Below the pieces are notes generated by a model. The model had not been told where the DNA came from and did not search any database. It saw nothing but the letters and a program-made list of their open reading frames with translations. From positions 248,001-312,000 of the forward strand of contig JALDTO010000181.1 of NCBI GenBank assembly GCA_023515725.1: 64,000 bases of DNA, in the 5' to 3' direction. Source of the DNA: Amoeboaphelidium protococcarum X5 (taxonomy: Eukaryota > Fungi > Aphelidiomycota). Shown here in pieces: positions 15,037 to 27,073 of the stretch; positions within the stretch are counted from its first letter, which is position 1, and the number at the start of each line of letters is the position of its first letter. The translations under genes and the position numbers were made by a program.

Positions 15037-15407
15037 ATGATTACTGCTTTCTGGTTTTACTGTCTTTTCTAGCGCTGAGCGTTATTGGCGGCCACTTAAA
15101 TGAGTAAGAGACGGTAAGTGGTAGCTTTTTCAAGCGTCCGTGGTATGCAGGATTGGGGAACTATGCGCGTCAATACGCGTTTTTAAGAGCTTGTAAAGTC
15201 GGTGACTTGGATACTTACAGAATGTCGGTTACGACATTTGGTATCGATCCTTCTATAGAATAGAACCAGTGCTTGATGTCTGCTGCAAAGAATGGCCACG
15301 CTGATATTGTGAGAGAGCTTTTGCTCGACATACGCGTTGATATCTATGATCATGACGCCACAGTCAAGCTAGTGCTGGATCTACCTTTATCTCTATCACA
15401 AATCTGA
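15037..15407 (+). pseudogene. Truncated, frameshifted ankyrin-repeat gene with probable signal peptide
   Basis: FLRACKVGD..IDPSIEQNQCLMSAAKNGHADIVRELLLDIRVD is a clear ankyrin repeat. ATG15037 (MITAF) is 1 nt out of frame with the hydrophobic LVLLSFLALSVIG. Early TGA at 15405. Confidence 0.6.
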
Positions 15408-15816
15408 GCAGCAGGTGCGCGATATTTTAATATATCAGTCAAACTAGTCATTTTATCATCAAATTTTAATTAGCTTCTGCTAGTCGCACTCGAAAAAAGA
15501 TGAAAAGTTGACAATAAAAATTGATGTCAACGCATTCATGATCAGAAAATCGACTAGCGCGCTTGTTCGTTGTAGCCTTCAGCCGATTCAAATTCTACCA
15601 GTCTGGAAAGAGAGGCAATTCGCGCGGTTCACCATTTCTCTCTATCTTCGCTATGTCTCTCTCTCTCTCTCTCAATTTGTTTTGTTTCTTCTGTACCAAG
15701 AGGCGGCAACCTGTAAAAAATTCATATTCTTACTGAACATCATCAGTCTGATCCTCGTTAATCTACTGTAATAATAATTAATATATTTGAGCCATATTTC
15801 CCTTCAAAAGTTGTGA

Positions 15817-17496
15817 ATGACAAATTTATCAATGAGCGATAAAAAAGTACCTGAATGGCGCAGAAATGCTTACAAGAATCGCGGCTCTTTGTAGAGTGAA
15901 GACATGAGACGTAGACGTGAGGAGCAGAGTGTCGAGTTGCGCAAGTCTAAGCGTGAAGAGTCTTTGGCTAAGCGTAGACAATACGTCGGTAGTGGTGCTG
16001 GTGCTGTATTGAGTGACAGCGAAGATGAAAGTATTAACGGTGGTGGTACTGCTGGTGGATTTGGTGAATCTACCACAGCTGCCGGGGCCGTCTCTGCCAA
16101 GTAATTGTCTCTGAATGACCTACCATCTATGGTTAATGATGTCTTTTCTAATGATGCGGCAGCGATTCTTGCAGCTGTCACCAAGTTCCGCAAGATTCTG
16201 AGTAAAGAGAAGAATCCGCCTATTGCAGAGGTTATCGGCACCGGGGTTGTGCCCAGATTTGTTGAACTATTGACAGCACCTGATCCACTTCTGTAATTTG
16301 AGGCTGCTTGGGCATTGACCAACATCGCTTCTGGTAGTTCAGATTAAACCAAGATTGTTCTGGAGGCCAACGCGGTGCCTTACTTCATCCAGCTGTTGAA
16401 GTCCGAGTCTAGCGATGTGAGGGAGTAGGCTGTCTGGGCTCTGGGTAATATTGCGGGTGACTCGCCCGACTGTCGTGACTTTGTGCTATAGCGAGGTGCT
16501 CTGGAGCCTTTACTAAAGATCATTACGGAGAATCAGAAGTTGTCAATGTTGAGAAATGCAGTCTGGACTCTGAGCAATTTCTGCAGAGGTAAGAATCCTC
16601 CACCATCGTGGCCGTTGATATGTCCGGCATTGCCCGTCCTGGCCAAGTTGATGTACGTTATGGATGAAGAGGTGCTGACCGATGCCTGCTGGGCCGTGTC
16701 TTACCTGTCCGATGGACCTAATGAGAAGATTTAGGCGGTTATAGAGTCTGGTGTGGTGGTTCGCTTGTCTGAGCTGCTACTGCACTCGTCTTACTCGGTG
16801 TAGACTCCAGCTCTGCGCACTATCGGTAATATTGTGACTGGAGATGATGTGTAGACGTAGGTGGTAATTAATGCCGGTGCACTTCCTAATCTGTTGGCCA
16901 TGTTGAGCAGTCCGCGTGATGGTATCCGCAAAGAAGCCTGCTGGACTATATCAAATATAACTGCCGGCACTGTCCCTCAGATTCAGGCTACGATTGATAA
17001 TGGTCTATTCCCACCTCTACTCCAACTGTTAGAGACTGCAGATTTTAAAATTCAAAAGGAAGCGTGCTGGGCAGTGTCCAATGCGACCACTGGCGGTCTG
17101 CATAAGCCTGATATCATTCGGTACTTGGTAAGTATTGGTGCTATCAAGCCGCTGTGCGATGTGCTTACTTGCAAGGATAACAAAGTGGTGCTGGTGGCTC
17201 TCGATGGATTGGAGAATATTCTCAAAGTTGGTGAAGATGATAAAGATAGTGCAGGTAACATGGGTACGAACGTGTATGCATTGGCCATTGAAGAAGCAGG
17301 TGGCATGGATACAATCTAAGCTTTGCAAGAGTCTGAAAATACCGAGATTTACAAGAAGGCTTATGGTTTGATTATCAAGTACTTTAGCGATGATGTTGAG
17401 GAAGATGCTGATATTGTGCCTACTGTTGATGCCAACACTGGTGCATTCACTTTCGGTAATCAATCTATTCAATCCAATGGATTTAATTTTAGTTGA
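15817..17496 (+). CDS. SRP1: Importin alpha (karyopherin alpha)
   Basis: IBB domain ([25 protein letters not shown]) and ARM repeats ([27 protein letters not shown]). Alternative start at 15832. Confidence 0.96.
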
Positions 17497-17638
17497 GTAT
17501 TAGCGATGGTATTTGCTGATAATAATATTGTGCTGGCAGAAATATAATAACATCATTTTTCATTATTCAATCTTCTTTATAAGTTTTGCATTGATTTTAT
17601 TATTGAATAGCGTTGCATAAATTGATAATACAGACAGT

Positions 17639-18544
17639 ATGATATCAGTGGCGGAGTAAAACTTTATTCTGGATGGCATTGAGTAAGGAGTGCGGTAAGA
17701 TGGTAGAAGTAATGTGGAAACGCGAAATTTCACTATTTAAAGTGGAGTATTGCCTTAATGCAATGGATCGGCGCGTGTGTTGAATGCTGATGGTACTGAA
17801 ATTTTAGTATCTATTAGAGCCGAGTTGCAGCAGAGCTAGCACGTTGATTCTCTTTAAATTAAACTTTAAAATCCAGGTTTCGCCTCATTGAATACTGATA
17901 AGCAAGCCACCAATGGTGCTGGTCAGTTTCGATGTGCCATAGAGTTTGCCTGTAATTCTGAAAATGGTGTTAGATATGCGCCTGATGATTATATCGCGTT
18001 CTAGTATCAGCAGGCGATCGAGTCTATTTACAGCTCAAGCTCAGTACTTGACTATGAGAAATTGAGCGTCATACCTGGCAGGACACGATGGGTGTTGTAT
18101 GCAGATGTTCTTATACAGTCTGATATTGGCGGCGGTGTTGTTGATTTGATATCTATTGGGGTCAACGCAGCATTGAAAGATTGTAAAATTCCTAATATTC
18201 GCGTTGAGGATGTGGATAAGAGAGCAGATGATACTAACATGGTGGATTATGAAGTTGATTTGGATGATTAAAGTATGACTCTGCTGCCATTGGTTGCTTT
18301 GCCTGGTGTGGTTACTTTTTACGCGACGCCATCTCAGAGGCAGTATGTTGTTGATCCCTTGTTGGATGAATGTAAAGTGTCTGCTTGTCATACTGTGTGT
18401 GCTGTACATCGAAATGGTTCTATTCTGAATGTGTAAATGTTTGGGCATGGCAGTCTGGACACGCTGCAGTTGACTGAAATTCTGTAAACTGCCCCCTCTC
18501 TCGCATAGCGTTACTTTTAGCAAGTTGATTAGGATGCTAACTGA
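17639..18544 (+). CDS. RRP42: Exosome RNase PH subunit Rrp42/EXOSC7
   Basis: SVAEQNFILDGIEQGVRQDGR, NGSARV, WVLYADVLI, GVNAALKDCKIP and VVDPLLDE. Confidence 0.88.
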
Positions 18545-18632
18545 CACTCTTCATGAATGATATAACTGAATCAAATAAGAAAATCTACGTTAAATCAAGA
18601 CTAAATTATGGACAGATTGAACTATTTTTAAT

Positions 18633-20321
18633 TCAATTCCAAAGTATAATTTAGCCAGCTTTGTCAGCACTAACTAGTAATCCTTCGCCTTTAGGAGACC
18701 ATTGAACAGCGTTAATTGCGTGCGACTGATGAAGTCCGTCGAATACACGAACACTACTGTCATCTCTCAACGAGACAGGTTATCCTTGCTTGTGCACTTT
18801 CCATACATACATCTTACCGTCTTAACCACCGCTCGCCACATATTAACCATCAGGACTGAGGCAGGCTTTAGAGAAATTACTACTACTCCGATAATTGTCA
18901 TGCTTGAACTCTTGCTTCACCTCAAATGTACGAATATCAATTAATTTAAGCGTATTATCTCGAGAACTAGTCAATATAGATTAAGAATCAGATGAAGTAC
19001 ACGTGGATGTTATTTGACCAGAATGAAGACCACTCAGAGTCTTGACACATTCCCTTATCCTCAAATCCCAGAAGCGGAGCTGATTATCAACGTGCCCACT
19101 GATAACACCTGAATCCTCTGTAAGACATAGATCATTCACACTTGAGTTGGTGAACATTGAATGTATACAGGCGCCCCTCTGAATATCCCACACTTTAATG
19201 GTGCGATCGTGACTACCAGATATCACCCGCTTACAATCGATGGAGAATCGGGACGTTCTGACTGAAGCAACGTGTCCAGTTAATGTATGCTCAGATCGTC
19301 CTGTCACTAACGACCACAATCTAATGCTGTGATCATTACCAGCACCAAGAAGCAATTGGTCATTAGACCTCACTTGAACATACAAAACTGACTGCAAATG
19401 ACCCGACAGAGAGTATTTAACCTGTTTAGTGGCGATATCATAAACTTTAACCTTCTTGTCTGTAGAAGCTGTAACGGCTATACTTCCATCAGAATTAAAG
19501 TCGACATGATTAATATCGTCATCATGAAGTTTATTGCATATGATCTCCTTTTCAGGCCATTTACACTTGTTCCAGGTGGGCACGCGCTGCAGAGGCATTT
19601 AACTATCGTCGAGCTCTGATGATGATTGTAGACCACCAGACTATTCACCGCTAAACATATTCTTGGCGACCACATCTCTCAAACTTGAAATTCTACCAAG
19701 CGCGGCTGTGGTAAACTTTTACCTCTTCTCCATCATGCTATCATACATGTTATTGGCGGCATTCATCTTGGTTGCATCATCGGACGCCTTTCGCAGAAGT
19801 TTATTCAATAATTCTTGATTCTCTTATTTTATGGCGGCCATCCTCTCATCAGATTACTACAATTCAAGCCGTAAAGTGTTCAGCTCATCCTGCAACAACT
19901 AGATGGTGTCGTTCTTTTACTGCACCAAATCAAGAGCATCATCAGCCCGTCGCTTCTCCTTCTCCAACTGCATGGTGACGCGCATGGTGGAATCTTCTTA
20001 CTGCTTAAGCAATTTCTGAGTCGCCACCAGTTCATCTCCGACTGACAGTAGTCGCTGAGTATTGTTCGATTGGGCTTTGTACAGCTCGTTCAATTCATGC
20101 TTTAACTCCTTTAGTTATGGGCTTTCAGTCTAGAGTTGCCCCTTCAAAGTCTCAACTTGTGTTGTTAGCTTTTCTATTTGCTCCTGCTAGTCCTCATTCT
20201 ATTATCTCAACTAAAGATTATTAGAGACTTGCAAATTCAAAGTATCAATTAATTCAACTATATTTTTATTTCGCAGCGTTTATTGTCGGATTTAGTCTTC
20301 AATTACAACTTGATATTACAT
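18633..20321 (-). CDS. ATG16: ATG16L1-like protein (ATG16 coiled coil plus C-terminal WD40 propeller)
   Basis: ELNELYKAQSNNTQRLL and LQDELNTLRLE ATG16 motifs, followed by WD40 repeats (SGSHDRTIKVWD, SGHVDNQLRFWD). Confidence 0.88.
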
Positions 20322-20731
20322 TCTCTCTATATATTTAAGTATCGCTCGGGTTGCAACAATATTAGAGACTAAAAAAGATGGCCTACAACAAAGTCTAAAG
20401 GTCCTTGAATTCTTCACGCCCAGTTCGACTTTAGATCGCACTGAAGAATAAATGGAGCGGCCTATAACGCACTTTGGAGAGTTAAGATACGCTGATAAAG
20501 TTTGCGCCTTTAATGAAACAATCTTTGTAATATAAAACTTTCTTGTGTACGTGAGTTGCATTGCTCAAAACTCTGATCATCTTCTCCCCATTGTCACCGA
20601 CAGCTCTGTTACTTTCGCTTGTTCTTGAGGGAGGCGCGACAAGACACTCGTTGATACGAAATCGCTTTGATCGCCATAGTCTAACGCTTACAAAGTAGCC
20701 ACTGTCATTGGCGAGCAAAGGGTAGAACATA

Positions 20732-21214
20732 ATGATACAAGATTTGATTAAAGAAAAGTAGATATAGCAGTCATAGAGGGAACGGCAATTAAAAGAAGAT
20801 GAGCAGAAATTGTTGGAGTTGGCAGATCTGTGCTCTGACAGTCTTGTCAATAACTTGAATGAAGAGTATTTAACATCATTTTTGGCGATACGATGAGTAA
20901 TTTACATCAAATTACATGTAGCATAGCCAAGATTTTCTACAACTAAATGTAAATTGAAAGGTTGGTCAAGTCACTTTAAAAGCAGCACGACAAGACGGCC
21001 TCCAAGGTTCGATAGTACGCAGAGCTGGCAAATGAAATGTCCGCTTCGTTAAAAGTAGGATCGTGTCATATATTTAATCTTGATATTGCGACGCGTATGC
21101 TCTGTGTAGGGACTAGGAGATGTATAAAACTGGCTGGCAGTTCTTGATTATGAACTATAGGTGATCGAGTTGACTTTGCGCCTAGTTGCCTAGCAAGATG
21201 GCTCCGATCCATGA
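20732..21214 (+). CDS. BLOC1S1: BLOC-1/BORC subunit 1 (BLOS1/GCN5L1); introns 20866-20921 and 21055-21109
   Basis: LVNNLNEDIAKIFYNQMQIE and LKGLGDVQNWLAVLDYELQVIELTL match the family pattern LKEIGDVENW. Confidence 0.85.
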
Positions 21215-21502
21215 CAACGGCATCTAATAAAACTGACTTTCTGATTGACTGCAATGGCCAATCAATATGATGCATTTCATATCTCAACACTGAATCATTA
21301 CACTTTATTATCTTTGAATATTATTAATAAAATGTTATCGTTAAAAATGAATCGATTGGAAATTAAAACAGCACTCATACTGTGGATCAAATCGATTGTC
21401 ATCATTGTTTCCGTCATCAGATTGGTGTCATTCGTTTCAAGTTTATTCAGATTCTTTTTGATACGATTGTCTCATGCCACAAGAGGAGAAGGAGGAGACA
21501 TC

Positions 21503-22681
21503 ATGGATTCAGAAGATAATGATTAAGTATAGAAATCATAACTTGCAACGTTGCCGAATGAGATATTGGGTGAAATTGTTTAACAGTTAGACTTGAAATC
21601 CCTGATGGCTTTGAGTGAGACCACAGTCAGAATGCACAAATTGATCAAGACTGACAATTTGCTATGGAAGCGAAATCTTAAACGCGACTTTGGCCTCTTA
21701 ATGCAAAGACTTTTCCCGAGGTCCTCTGCTGACTGTAATGAAGATTATGCTGCATCATTCCATTAATACAAGTTGAAATACATTCTTCTCTCCGGTTATC
21801 ACGGCCAAAACTAGCATTTGTATCCTGTGATTCCAAGAACAGTTTCTTAATTGATCAATGTTGAGTTTGAGAAGAGTTGTCGTTCGATTCATTTTGGTTA
21901 TACGTTGTTGATGCGCAGTCTCCTCGCTATTGTGATATTTCCTGTGCATTTCATACAAAAACTATGTTATTCTACAATATCAACTAAGGATACCAGTCTG
22001 AGATCTTTAATATGTGATATGGTGATACATTCGTAGTTGATATACAAGGATTTGCGCTTTCTCGAAGATATCAATGGTCAATAGTACATGCATTCATTCA
22101 TGCCATTGTTGTCGCCTAACTAGAACTATCAATGGTCTGTATTCTCGTTTTACACCATATGTTGTATTCCTCTGATACTCACTGATATTTTGTCAGCATC
22201 ACTCGCGTCCATTTCGTAACTACTTGTAGAAGGGATATGTGCTGGTTCTGATGCGATTAAGAACTAATCTGCACCTGGAAATCAAAATCATCTACTATAG
22301 AGAGTTGTGCATGTATGTATATGGGCGAAAAATGTCACACTGGCATCAGTGTTTCTATCACTACAAAGCATTTATCTTTTCGCTCCTATTATACTGGCAG
22401 AGTGTGAAATTTACCAGCTAGATCAGCAATTTGGCGCGTGGAAAGCTTTTTTGCACAAGTCAAGCGTATTCGCTACTGTTGCGCAAATAGTCTGGACTTT
22501 TATAGTATTCTCAAGTGTCCAAGAGCGGACCGTTTCTGTTATTAAAGACCAGTAATAGCAACTGCTGTAGATAGTTCCACTTGATAGCATACTGATGCTT
22601 GCTAATGTCTTGGTAACTTTATTTTAACAGTTCTGCAGATTGGTTTAAACTTGTTACCATTACGTGATTAATTTGTACTGA
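21503..22681 (+). CDS. F-box protein with hydrophobic, probably transmembrane, C-terminal region
   Basis: LATLPNEILGEIVQQLDLKSLMALSET..DNLLWKR F-box. Continuous 392-aa ORF. Confidence 0.75.
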
Positions 22682-22947
22682 TGTTAAACAAACTTTGTCG
22701 TTACTCAATATTTTGGAATTTGAAGCTTTACACAATCCTATCTGTATTTGGCAGTTGCTTCACGCATAAAAGAGACTTGCTCTTCAAATACACATCGACT
22801 CTCAGCTTTTGTTGTTCAAATCTTCGAACTTTGAAATTCAGGCACAATCAAGGGTCTAAATCAACTTCAGTATGACGCGAGAATATGCTGCACAAAGATG
22901 CAAAATTTTTCAACCAATTGATATTTGGATTATTATCTCGATAAATA

Positions 22948-23811
22948 ATGTACTGGATTGATTGTGTTGCTATATTTGCTCTTGCATCAGGGGCCTTCAG
23001 TAAAACTGATATCCCTGAGAGTGGTACGAATGGTGTTAGTGACTGGCTAATTGGTTCAACTGATGGTCATACTGACGAAGGGTCCATCGGGCCTTATCAG
23101 TTCTAAAATGAATAAGTGGCTACTGATACTCTTTTGCATACTTTGAACAAGGTTATGGCTGATATCACTGCTGCTACGCGTGAAGATGCCCAAGATGGCG
23201 CAGAGTTTTCCATTTACTCTACTTTTAGCTCTGTCTAAGCAAGACTGAATAAACTGAAAGAATTGGCAAATAACCATTTTAAGATGCTGGAGCTTTGCCA
23301 TAATTTATTACTGCAGCCGGTGTTTGGAGTGCCAATGTCATACTCCATGTCTCACGATATCCCCTTCTGGCGCTTTATCAGCAGACGTAGAGCAAACTAA
23401 TTAGGACGCGTAACGAACAATTTAAGGTCAACTGTATCTGATTACTAACTGCGGTATAATACCTTTCAGCATGAAGTCAACACTATGGTAAGCAAATTAT
23501 CCAATATACGGGGTTTAACGGGTAGACAGTTTGGAAGCATACTTGATCTCAGTAGAGGAATTGGATTTATTGCGTATGAGCTGTATCTTGATGCAGAATC
23601 AATTAAATAGTAAATCTAAAAGTTCATTGTGCTAAGAAATTAGCTGAGAAATGCCCGCGTTAAGTTTGGTGCAATAGAAAACACGGAATATCTACCGTAG
23701 TATGTTCCTGACTAGTTTTTCAAGACTCTTTTCAGCAGAAGGCGCTATGGCTTGGACTCAAAAAAGATTGCGCGTCTGTATGCAATGCAAGGGTGGAAGA
23801 AAGAAGATTGA
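22948..23811 (+). CDS. Hypothetical secreted protein, 287 aa
   Basis: Uninterrupted ORF with a signal-peptide-like start, MYWIDCVAIFALASGAFS. No recognised domain. Confidence 0.7.
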
Positions 23812-23922
23812 CAATGATATATTGATATTGAATGAGAACTAAATGATTAGATAGATAAACATGATACATAATATAGCTTGTAATTGAATACTCGCTTCTC
23901 ATCCACTTACAGGTTGAACATT

Positions 23923-25227
23923 TCATCGTTTCTACGTGGGAGTAGTGGGCAATCTGACTTACACTCCTTCAAACCATGCGTTGAGCCATTGAATGTAGCC
24001 ACCATCACCGATCATCGTGATATCTCTAAGAGTGAATTTCTCTGGCCGCAAACCTTTAAACACCACACTCGCAGCTGTATCCATAAAGCCCCCAAAGCTA
24101 CTGATTTGAAACTTGAGTCTGATAGAGTTGAAACCAGATACAATTGTGCAGTTCTAGACAAATACATTAGCCAGAGGCTTGTCTACAAAATAAACTTTGC
24201 CTTTGACCAATTGTAAGTTCAGAGCCAGGGGAATAGGATTAGTGAAATTTACTGTTGCCTCGAATACAAAGTTCTTCAGACGCAGACGAACATTGGATAT
24301 TGACGCGTTCCCAGACATTTCATTCTACTACTCAACCATTGTTTGATTCCTGGTGTAAGACTTATCGGCATCAGTAGACTGCGCCGAACTTGAAGCGCTG
24401 GTATCAGGTATTTCAGTATCATTTGCAATTTCCTGTTTGGCATTTAGAGATGCAAAATTTCCAAGACTGGTCACTCTGAACGGAAAGCTACTGTAGTATG
24501 GAATGGACCAGCGAATGAATGCTAGGGCAGGATATCCAATGTGAACACTCATAATGCTTCTTTAATGGATCTAGATATTGTAAATCTCAGAACTTTGCGA
24601 GGTCAGTATACGCATCACCTCATTACCAAAACTTCCCAGCATGTCCATATTAGTAATCTTCAACGGAGTATTGTAAGATCTATTGAGAATACCATTCTCG
24701 ACCATATAGCCGGGCATTTTTATAGACGCGAAATCACCATAAGCTGTGGAGTACGTTATTGTGAAGTCTTCCAAATACACAGGCACGAATGACCTCATTT
24801 ACTGACTTTATACCACCGTCGCCTCAACTGAAGAATTGGTCACATTTGATAACTACATGCTGCTGTACTGTCCATCATTTCTAGAGTTGAATTAATTGCG
24901 TATCATGACATATGCACTACCATAAGCTATGATACACACCAGAATTATAAGTAAAATTACCAGCGGTATAGTTATAATCATGGCCCGCTGACATTGAGAC
25001 AGTCTCTGCCATTTACTTTTCGTCTTGGTGACAAGTTGATCATATGAGGATTATCGCTGCAAATATACAGGAGGAGCGATTACTGCATTTCCATCCGGAA
25101 TTGGTGAAGGATTGCTTAGAGGCTCTTCCGGTAGAGATAAAGTTGCAGCAGGTGACTCGCTGATAGAATCACCTACGATATTTTCAAACTAAATGATATC
25201 CTATCCGACAAAATAAACTTTTGGCAT
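23923..25227 (-). CDS. Type II membrane protein with beta-rich luminal region (DUF3712/LEA_2-like)
   Basis: 434-aa ORF with a Pro-rich N-terminus, one TM (IITIPLVILLIILVCIIAYG) and an NFTNPIPLALNL motif. Family call is tentative. Confidence 0.6.
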
Positions 25228-25570
25228 ATTTAGTAATATATCGAACGTAATCTGAATTAGAATCTATGTCAGAAGCCCGGTCAAGTGTGGGAATCTAATT
25301 TACCAAAAGCTGGTTGGGTTGACATCTTGCCGTTCTGAGACTTGACAAACTCATGTGGAGGTGTTTCAAATTACATTCGCCGACGTGAAACGTGATTGTT
25401 TCAGAGGGATTAGCGGATGATGACGCGCGTGCTCCGTTGGCAAGTTCCCGTCTGCCTCGATCCGTATCGAAGCTTAGATCTGCCCAGAAATTGCCTACCG
25501 GAACTCTAAAAATAATCTAGTTTAAATATCAATCTCATTTGAATAATTTAAATTATGAAAATAAAACTGG

Positions 25571-26659
25571 TCAATCATTTTTATACATGCTTCTAGCGAC
25601 ATCTTTGACTGCAGGAGATCTCTTCAAAATGTCAATCTGTCTAATAAGATTCTGAAACCAAACCACCTCTGAGGGATATTAAGGCTGCAAAATCTGTCCA
25701 AAATAGGATTCCAATTCTATTCTCAGGAATTTCATAAACTCTTCGCAATCCAGTTCGCTCGCCATGAAAATAAAGTCAGAATCATCTAGCTTTGAACGTT
25801 GAGAGTTTTCTTGAGCTGGCGGAACCAGAATATTTTCAAGTACACATTTTTGTAAGAGAGGATGTTTAATAGAAACCAGATTTTGAAGCAAATTCTAAGG
25901 CAATTATATGGTACGCTTCGGAGTTATTTAACTAATCAAAAGCAATTTCGAACCAACTTCAACATCCCCTTAGTCAAATTAAGACCGCAAATTGCTCAGC
26001 TTGGAAAGTAGTCTCAACATCTAGTCGAGCTCTTGCGCATTCTTACATATAACTACAGTTAGATGACACTTTTAGTTGATGGCATCAGTAACAATTATCT
26101 CTGTCTCAAAATCTTTATGAAGATCGCCGCGCTAATACTCTCGATGCTTGGTATTCAGCAATGTATCATGAGCGAGGCCAATGACGCGATTAGATGTTGT
26201 CACCATAGATATCAAGTCAGTGCACTATCTTTACTATAAATTTACATTATATAGCTCAGAGACGAATTAGGACGCGCCAGATCCGATAAACGCGATTGGC
26301 AGATATTACATGGACTCTCCGAATCGATGATTGAATAATGTACCTACTTTCGATATATTCCAATTAACATTCCAATCTTTGCCCACCACAGACAACATAT
26401 CACACGAAGGATCTGGAAATAAAGATCTTTTGATGGAATTAATCTTGGACAGGATATCTCGGTTGCTATTCTGATCCTCTTGTTTTCTATATTCCTCGTC
26501 TTAAATCTTCTTCTCCGCAGATTATGAACTGGAACTATTCGCGTTATCCAAAGTGCTTCCTCGCTACAAAATAGCAACAGGCTTTTAAAGCCTCCTGTCA
26601 TTCTAATTATTTCTATGAGGCCTGGTTTTTGTTGCTCTTTTATCACTATCCTTTCTCAT
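25571..26659 (-). CDS. Divergent SMG9-like protein
   Basis: 362-aa ORF. KPVAILQR, YLPIAFIG, CHLTVVI and C-terminal SEVVWF..ILKRSPAVKDVARSM resemble SMG9 blocks in the correct order. Confidence 0.5.
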
Positions 26660-27073
26660 TGTTCGTTCCCGTTCTATGCAGTAAATAAGCGAATCGTAAT
26701 TTACATCTCACATCAGATCTTAGCGAGCTGGCGCGAGCTTTGATCTCACGATTACTTCATAGTCAAGATTCATTGACTACCTACATTTATAAGCTTAATA
26801 GCCCAATAATATATACTATTTCCAGTGTATTTATAAATCACAAATCCATACGTGGCTATTTATAAGAACACTGTTTCTTCCTTCTCAATAGAGCCCATTG
26901 TTTCATCTTCTTGACAACCAAACTTTTGAGCCAACAATTATATCGTCAACGACTTGCTTTAGCTGAAAATCTAGATTGTAATCATTATTCTTCTTTACAT
27001 AAATTTGTATTCTATTACTCTATATTAATTTGGAATCGCTGATATAATCTTGTTGATCAATTGAGTAATAAAT

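Noticed and set aside
25260-25510. GC-richer intergenic stretch with a GATGATGA box-C-like word
   Set aside because: No matching box D or guide and no convincing helices. More simply the promoter of the upstream minus-strand gene.
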